Shown: piece by piece, positions 28,298 through 34,215 of the stretch
Numbering within the stretch: position 1 is the first letter of the stretch
Layout: each line of letters begins with the position of its first letter
NCBI RefSeq assembly: GCF_000281045.1
Contig: NW_008246164.1
Span: 52,128 to 86,342, forward strand
Direction of reading: 5' to 3'
DNA length: 34,215 nucleotides
Origin: Saprolegnia diclina VS20
Lineage: Eukaryota
Position numbers and translations under genes: made by a program
Notes under the pieces: generated by a model
Seen by the model: only the letters and a program-made list of their open reading frames with translations
What the model was told of the DNA's origin: nothing
Databases searched by the model: none

Positions 28298-29769
28298 TTA
28301 GTCGCGCGGCTTGATGAGCAAAACGCAGATGCCGAGGTACGCGCCAATCTCGCGGACGACGTTCGCCATGTAGCAGCTGTGCATGCCGACGACGACACTG
28401 AGGTACACGGTGGCAATGGTCGCGCCGTGGACACTACAAAAATTGGACAAGTTGTCATCTCCGTGGAGACACTTGGAGTACTTGGTCGACACGAGTGCCG
28501 CGAGCGCGGCACCGAGGAGACACACCATGTCGGCTTGGCCTGCGAATGGGATTTTGCACATGTGACTCACAATCATGCGCGACTATAGAGCACATGAAGA
28601 CAAGTTGTCTGCGATCCGTATCGCACCGAGAGCGTCACGTGCGAGAGGCCAATCGCGAGGAAGAAGGGATAGCCGTACGCGGCCACGTCATCGGACTGCA
28701 TCCACACGACGGACCCGAGGACAATGCTCGCCGTTGGCACGAGCTGCAGGAGCGCTTGCGTCTTGGAGCAGCGTGGCTGTTGCTGCGTGTCGATCGCGGC
28801 ACAGACCATCTGGACACTAGAGACAATGTGTCCATAATTTTCATTCGCCTCGGGTCCGAGATGTCTACTTGTCGTAGCCTTGCAGCGTCATGGCGACCGC
28901 CACGAGCAGCAAGAGGGTATCACGGACCGAGAGAGATGACGTGACTGGCGTGTCCCAGAAGGCGTGTCCTTGGCCAACGTGAATGAGAGAACGTGTCGTT
29001 GCACTAGCTCGTACCGCAAAATGCAGTGACCACATGCAGCGCCATGAGCAGCAAGAGCCCTTCGGTGACGCCGACGTAGCCGTTGCCGCAGCGCAATGTG
29101 CCTGGAAAAGGAATTTATACGACTGGCTCGAGTTCAAGCTCAACCTGTATGGTACTCTTCCCACTGCGCGAGGAAGAACACCACGGACGTGCTAGAGAGA
29201 AGGAGAAGCAGGCCCAAGGTAGGACCTGTCCCGATGGCGACGCCGACAGCCAAGTTGCTAAAGACATTGCAGATGGCATCGCCGCCTAGTTTCTCCAAGC
29301 GTCCATATCAGATCTTGAAAAGAGCAGTGCACCGTGGTCGAGGAGCTGCCCGAGAGGACTCGAGCTTCCGGTGCGCCGGGCTTGTTTGCCGTCGATCGCG
29401 TCGCACGTCTGGTAGAGGAAGAGCCCGATTGCGCAGACGAGGTACAGCTAACATGTCGAGTTAGTCGGCGAAATTTACGAAGAAGCAAGTACGTGGGGAG
29501 GGGCGGTCTCGGTCATCGTGGGCACACTCTGAAAGAATACGAGCGAGGTGCTGACGGTAATGGCTGTGCCAACGAGCGTGATGACGTTGGGAGCTACCCA
29601 GGTCGGCAGCAAGTTGACAACAGCGTTCCAGTAGAGGTTGAACTTGGTGTCGAGCCACGTGAGCGCGCCGCTACGAGAGTCTTAGATGAGGTACTCTAGT
29701 GCGAGGAGCAGAGTACGGGTGGTATTCGTACGCAGCGATGCCCTTGAGCGCGGCGCTGGAGAGGACCAT
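28298..29769 (-). CDS. Choline/ethanolamine phosphotransferase (CDP-alcohol phosphotransferase, CPT1/EPT1 family), ~8 short introns
   Basis: Not seen as one ORF in the track. Splicing (e.g. introns 29671-29716, 29448-29492, 29286-29332 and about five more) gives [25 protein letters not shown]...[14 protein letters not shown]...[34 protein letters not shown]...[10 protein letters not shown]...GVTEG...SRMIVSHMC, ending at TAA 28298. The DGxxARx8GxxxDxxxD motif is intact. Confidence 0.88.
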
Positions 29770-30034
29770 GATGCGTTGGATGCTTGGCTGTGTTTGCAAA
29801 ATGCGGCAACTTCAACGTGCAACGCAGAGGTTGATACAGTTTATTCCCACATACGTCCCAACTGGATATTTATTTATCCATTTCGTCTCAAATAGGCGTA
29901 AAGAAGTAACAGTATATAACATTTGAGACAGTACTGAAACATACCGTTGAAGCGCAAGTGCAACTTCAAGCAGCCTTTTCAAAGATCAGGCGAACGAGTT
30001 GTGGCAATATGGAGGGTATCGACTATACACTGAT

Positions 30035-32815
30035 CTAGTCGCCAAACGGTGTGGCGTGATGGGATGCCCATGCTGCGATCGCCTTGGTCATGAGTCCCAT
30101 GCGGCTCGCCAGGCTCGCAAACGTCTGGTGCTCCTTCTCCAGTGCGTCCCACGCGACGACGTCGATCCCCGGTGGGTGCTTGTCGATGTACAAGGTGCCA
30201 AATGCAGATCTCGGATCCTCGAATCTCAAGCCGTGGGCCGGGACCGCGAGGGCGCGCACGTGCGCACACAGCGCCGGCGAGCCAGTTGTCGCATACCCTT
30301 TGGTCGCATACCGGCGCGCCTTGGCGTTGCAGAGAAAAGCCGCGAAGTCGGCGCAGCTCGCGCAGTCCTTGGAGACGTCGATGGCCATGGCGACACTTGG
30401 CAGCGGCTCCAACATCGCACTGCGTCGTGTCGCACTCGCTTGGAGCTCGGTGCGACACGTCTCTGCCAAGAAGATGCCGACGTCGGACCGCCGGATACAA
30501 ATGTCCTCGATGCTAAAGAGAAGGCGAAACACACAGCTCGTAAAGAAGTCGTCGCGCTTGCTACTGCGGCAGAGCGCGTCTGTCCACGACGTAGCATGGT
30601 CCATGAGCTTGGAGGGCACGTAGGCATCGAGAAAGGTGGTAGCGTCGGCCAAAACGCCCATGATGCAGACATCGACCTTGGACACGTCGGGGTACCAGGC
30701 ACTATAGTGCTCATGGTGCTCCGAGAGACCGCTAAAGAGAAACGATTCCAGTGTCACAAAGGTAGCGTCCTCAAAAATACGATCGGAAAGCGCAATGACC
30801 ATCGCCCCGATCGCCATGACGTCCAGCGCGTCACGATGGTCCTTGGCGACCGCGAGCATCGTCGGCACAAACAAGAGCGGATAACGCGTCGCGATGGCTG
30901 TGACCAGATCCATATCGAGGTTTGGCACGAGGCAGAGGTACGCTATGAGTCCATCAATCGACATGGCGTCCGGAAGCTCATGCGCCGACGCCAACAGCGG
31001 CGCCACGAGCGGCGCCAGCGTCGCCGAAGGCACGTGCTGGGAGAGCGTGCGCACAGCGGGACCAACAACGGCGACCGGGTCGAAGATGGACCGTTGCTTC
31101 AAGACGACAGCATCGACAAAGCTGAGGGGGATGAGGAACGTATCGACAAGGTGCACGAGCGGCGCGGGAAGGAAGGCGTCGAGGTAGCTGCCGGCAGCGC
31201 TCTCACTGGGCGTCGTCAAGTACGTCTGCAGCAGGAGCACGTCGATTAGGAGCTGCTGGAGACCTAGGGTACCGTGCCGGAAGAACGCAAAGTTCGCGTC
31301 CATGGCGGTTGACGCCGCCACGAGAAGGCGGCAAAAGCACGTCTTGATAAACTCCTTGGCGAACGGACGCTGCAAGGGCGGGCAGACGGGGTCGAGTGCG
31401 GCGCCGGCAAGACTGGCCACGAGCCGCATGGCGCCCCCAAGTGGCCATTTGGTCAGGAGAACGTCCATCGTGGGCGCCAGCACTTCCCACCCATAGATCG
31501 TCAGCACCGAGTGGATGAGCGAAGCGTAGTCGTGCGCGCAGTCCTTGAAGTAGACGCAGTGGTCTTGAAGGAAGCACTGAACGAGATCGAGGCGCCGCTG
31601 CTGCAAGAGGAGGTCACACAACGAGGACGTGTCCCGGTAGCGCTCATGGTGCACTGTGTCGACAAACGGCCGGCTCCCAAACATCTCAAAGTACGCCAGC
31701 AAGAGCGCGTTACCGGTGGGAAAGCCCAAGTACGCGTCACGCGCATGCCACGTCGTTTGCGTCATCAAAAAGCGGTAGACTGCCACGCTTGTGACGCGAT
31801 GCCCCGCGACATGCGCTCGCTGCGACGACGCCCAGAACGCCAGCGAAAAGCGCGCTCTTGGTGGGATGGCGACCATCTTGTTGCCCAAGTCATCGGCCAA
31901 AGACGGGTCGGCCAGCGTCTTGGGAAAGAGAACGCCGCCAGCGAGACGCACCGACCACGCCGTTGGCGCTCGACCGTCGTCATGATCGTCGTCGTCGTCC
32001 TCGGCATTGTACGGTGCGTGCTCGACGAGCGCCACGTCGTAGACGCCGCTGGCGCACAACGCTATCGCTACAATCTTGTCAGAGCCCGTGACTTGGCGCC
32101 ACTCGAGGGCAGAGACAGGGTGATTCAAGGGGCACCCCCACATCCGAGCGGTCGCCCCGGGCAGCGCCGCCGTCGCCGCGAGCCGAGCAATCCCAGCCGA
32201 TATTGACAATGGCGCCGTACGAACTGCGGCCGTGCACTCGTCCACGGCCAAGCTGAAGACCAAGAGCACGCGGTGTCCAGATACGATCGGCGCCACTTCG
32301 ACGTCGACGTCGTTGTAGGCGGCCGCCAAGTCGTATTCACGTGGCCACAGTTGCGTTGGCATGGACGATCCTTCGTGCGTCAGAGTGGTCTCGCCGCCGA
32401 CATACGACGACGGAAGCTCGACCCAAAGCGTCGCGAACGACCCGCTTGGAGGATCGATGGGCGCCAGGATGGCCGCGCTGCCAATAACGTCGATCGCCAC
32501 GTGTGAGAGGTACGCTTGGTACATGGACGGCGGCGCCAACGCTGCGTCAATGGCGCCCACGATATCAGACAATGCAATGACGTCCGGCTCGTCATGCTCA
32601 ATGTAGAGATGCGAGAGCGGGATTCGGCCATCGGGATGCTCAACCAAGAGCTGCGCAGCATTCGGCAGCGGGAACGTGAGCCAGTCGTCAACACCTCGGG
32701 CGCCAAGGCGAGGCCTGGAGCTCCGCGACGGGAGGCGCGAGAAGGTCCACGGGAGCCCCAGGCACTGGCGCATGGCGTCCAACGCGCCCTCGATCTCAGA
32801 CCGAACCGACTGCAT
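30035..32815 (-). CDS. Uncharacterised 926-aa protein: degenerate N-terminal 2OG-Fe(II) oxygenase-like domain, helical middle, C-terminal Cys/His cluster
   Basis: Intronless ORF. GSFATLWVELPSSYVGGETTLTHEG...AAAYNDVDVEVAPIVSGHRVLLVFSL resembles the double-stranded beta-helix core of P4H-like 2OG oxygenases. The C-terminus has CASCADFAAFL...LCAHV. Confidence 0.75.
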   Translation of the reverse strand: MQSVRSEIEGALDAMRQCLGLPWTFSRLPSRSSRPRLGARGVDDWLTFPLPNAAQLLVEHPDGRIPLSHLYIEHDEPDVIALSDIVGAIDAALAPPSMYQAYLSHVAIDVIGSAAILAPIDPPSGSFATLWVELPSSYVGGETTLTHEGSSMPTQLWPREYDLAAAYNDVDVEVAPIVSGHRVLLVFSLAVDECTAAVRTAPLSISAGIARLAATAALPGATARMWGCPLNHPVSALEWRQVTGSDKIVAIALCASGVYDVALVEHAPYNAEDDDDDHDDGRAPTAWSVRLAGGVLFPKTLADPSLADDLGNKMVAIPPRARFSLAFWASSQRAHVAGHRVTSVAVYRFLMTQTTWHARDAYLGFPTGNALLLAYFEMFGSRPFVDTVHHERYRDTSSLCDLLLQQRRLDLVQCFLQDHCVYFKDCAHDYASLIHSVLTIYGWEVLAPTMDVLLTKWPLGGAMRLVASLAGAALDPVCPPLQRPFAKEFIKTCFCRLLVAASTAMDANFAFFRHGTLGLQQLLIDVLLLQTYLTTPSESAAGSYLDAFLPAPLVHLVDTFLIPLSFVDAVVLKQRSIFDPVAVVGPAVRTLSQHVPSATLAPLVAPLLASAHELPDAMSIDGLIAYLCLVPNLDMDLVTAIATRYPLLFVPTMLAVAKDHRDALDVMAIGAMVIALSDRIFEDATFVTLESFLFSGLSEHHEHYSAWYPDVSKVDVCIMGVLADATTFLDAYVPSKLMDHATSWTDALCRSSKRDDFFTSCVFRLLFSIEDICIRRSDVGIFLAETCRTELQASATRRSAMLEPLPSVAMAIDVSKDCASCADFAAFLCNAKARRYATKGYATTGSPALCAHVRALAVPAHGLRFEDPRSAFGTLYIDKHPPGIDVVAWDALEKEHQTFASLASRMGLMTKAIAAWASHHATPFGD

Positions 32816-34215
32816 GTATATAACCCAAGCTTTTGCGAAACATGGGCGAATACCTCTATAAATGAATATGCATGTACTCTAGAAAATGATATCGTAGGCA
32901 CACTGTAGCGCGACGCGAGATGGGGCAATGGGACTTCACAAGTAGCGCGGCGACACGAGAGAAGTGGAGAATTTACAATATTATGCATGTTAGTAGTGCT
33001 ACTCCTACTTGCGCTTCAGTACAACGTCGTGAAACGTAATGTAGCTCATGTCATTGACCTGCAGGCGGCCCATTCGCATGTGGCATCATGGACTTGGTCG
33101 CATGCAAAAATCCGCGCTCGTATGCACGCTCGCGCGACACTGCATCCGTGGCAGTCACGTCGAGTACTTGGTGGCCTACAACATACGCTACTGTTGCGAT
33201 TATCTTGTGGGCTTTCGAGAACTTGGTGGCATCGCATTTCTTCTGCAGGTCGAACGAACGCAGCTTCTGCAAGGGACCTATGCGGCTGGCCGGGATGCCT
33301 CAAACCATATCCACTAGAGACTGTATACGTTGTACTTGGACAGCCCGAATTCAGCTAGGACGGGGTTGAGGCGTTGCTGGCTCGACGTTGGGTCGACATG
33401 GACTTGCGAAAGCTTGCTGAGCACGCAACTAAGACAGGGCATCGTCGTTGCAGCGCGATAACACGGGCATTCGCTTTCCTCGAGTGAAGTTGCCCTCAAG
33501 AGGTCCTTGCATGGCTGCGGGACCGACATCGCTGATGCGTACTGGGTGCTTATGGCCGTGACGCCCTTGTGTCACGCTGCACTTGCCTGGACTCGCTGGT
33601 TGCTGGCAGGCGTCGCCATCGTTCGCACAGGCTCCTCATGCTCTGTCGCCACTAGCTCGGCTCCTCGGCCTCGGCTCCCCGGCAAGGATCGTGGCTGGCG
33701 CCACCATGGTCTCCCGTTGCTTCTTCGCCAGGCTCGCGCTGTCGAGCTCCGTGGGTGCAATCGCCCGAGGTCGTTGCTAGTGTTTCTGTGCTGCCACTGC
33801 CGCCACTGCGTCGGTCTTGGTGTTGGCTGCCAATCTGATTCCATCCAATATACCACTGGACCGCCACTTTGCGCTGCATGCGTCCAATACAAATTGCAAG
33901 TTAAATTGCCAGATGTTTTCGTAAACGTGTGGAATGTGAGATGGCAGCGCATCCCATACAAATACCAAGTCAACCCACTGCCTCGCATGGAGCATATCTC
34001 CGATTTACGGAACAAAAAGTTGCGCTGGGGCTTGAGGCGCCGATGTAGATTGCCGATAATATTCGTAAACCTACGGGATGTTGAGATTGCCCCAGCTACT
34101 AGAACCGATTGGTTGTTGGAATCGAAGTTTATTGGCGGTCTTCGATGCAACGCCGCGTGCATTGGCCTAAACTCGAAGATAAAAGGTCCCAGCTTCGAAA
34201 ACTTGCACCTTGACA

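Noticed and set aside
28298..28400. Selenoprotein I-type Sec recoding in the phosphotransferase
   Set aside because: The frame ends in TAA, with no in-frame TGA seen near the C-terminus.
32987..34162. ORFs 32987-33358 (+) and 33572-34162 (-)
   Set aside because: They lack the GC3 bias of the real genes here and have no recognisable motifs.

Overview
This is GC-rich eukaryotic genomic DNA with short (38-57 bp) GT-AG introns and an INR+FPR-type core promoter element. It is most consistent with an oomycete, and the intron size and gene families suggest Saprolegniales (inference). Recognisable genes: a 5'-truncated ankyrin-repeat/tandem-BTB protein (+), a type II membrane mucin-like protein with C-terminal SUEL-type lectin domains (+), a small putatively secreted protein (+), an intronless ~2,837-aa VPS13-family lipid-transfer protein (-), a PTB/hnRNP L-like RRM protein with a long Arg/Asp repeat insert (+), a multi-intron choline/ethanolamine phosphotransferase (-), and a 926-aa protein with a degenerate 2OG-Fe(II) oxygenase-like domain (-). 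The least explained region is ~2.9-9.7 kb. It holds six small, intronless, strongly diverged coiled-coil paralogues (orientation + + + - - +) that share two protein motifs and a C-terminal NLS-like motif. Most also share upstream CCAAT and CGGATA-type motifs. One copy has an in-frame stop and another a probable frameshift. A 53-bp-arm near-perfect hairpin lies in the spacer where the array changes orientation. The VPS13 protein is also unusual, with an N-terminal hydrophobic helix, four EF-hand loops and a C-terminal C2-like domain. All gene models were spliced by eye and no database searches were run.
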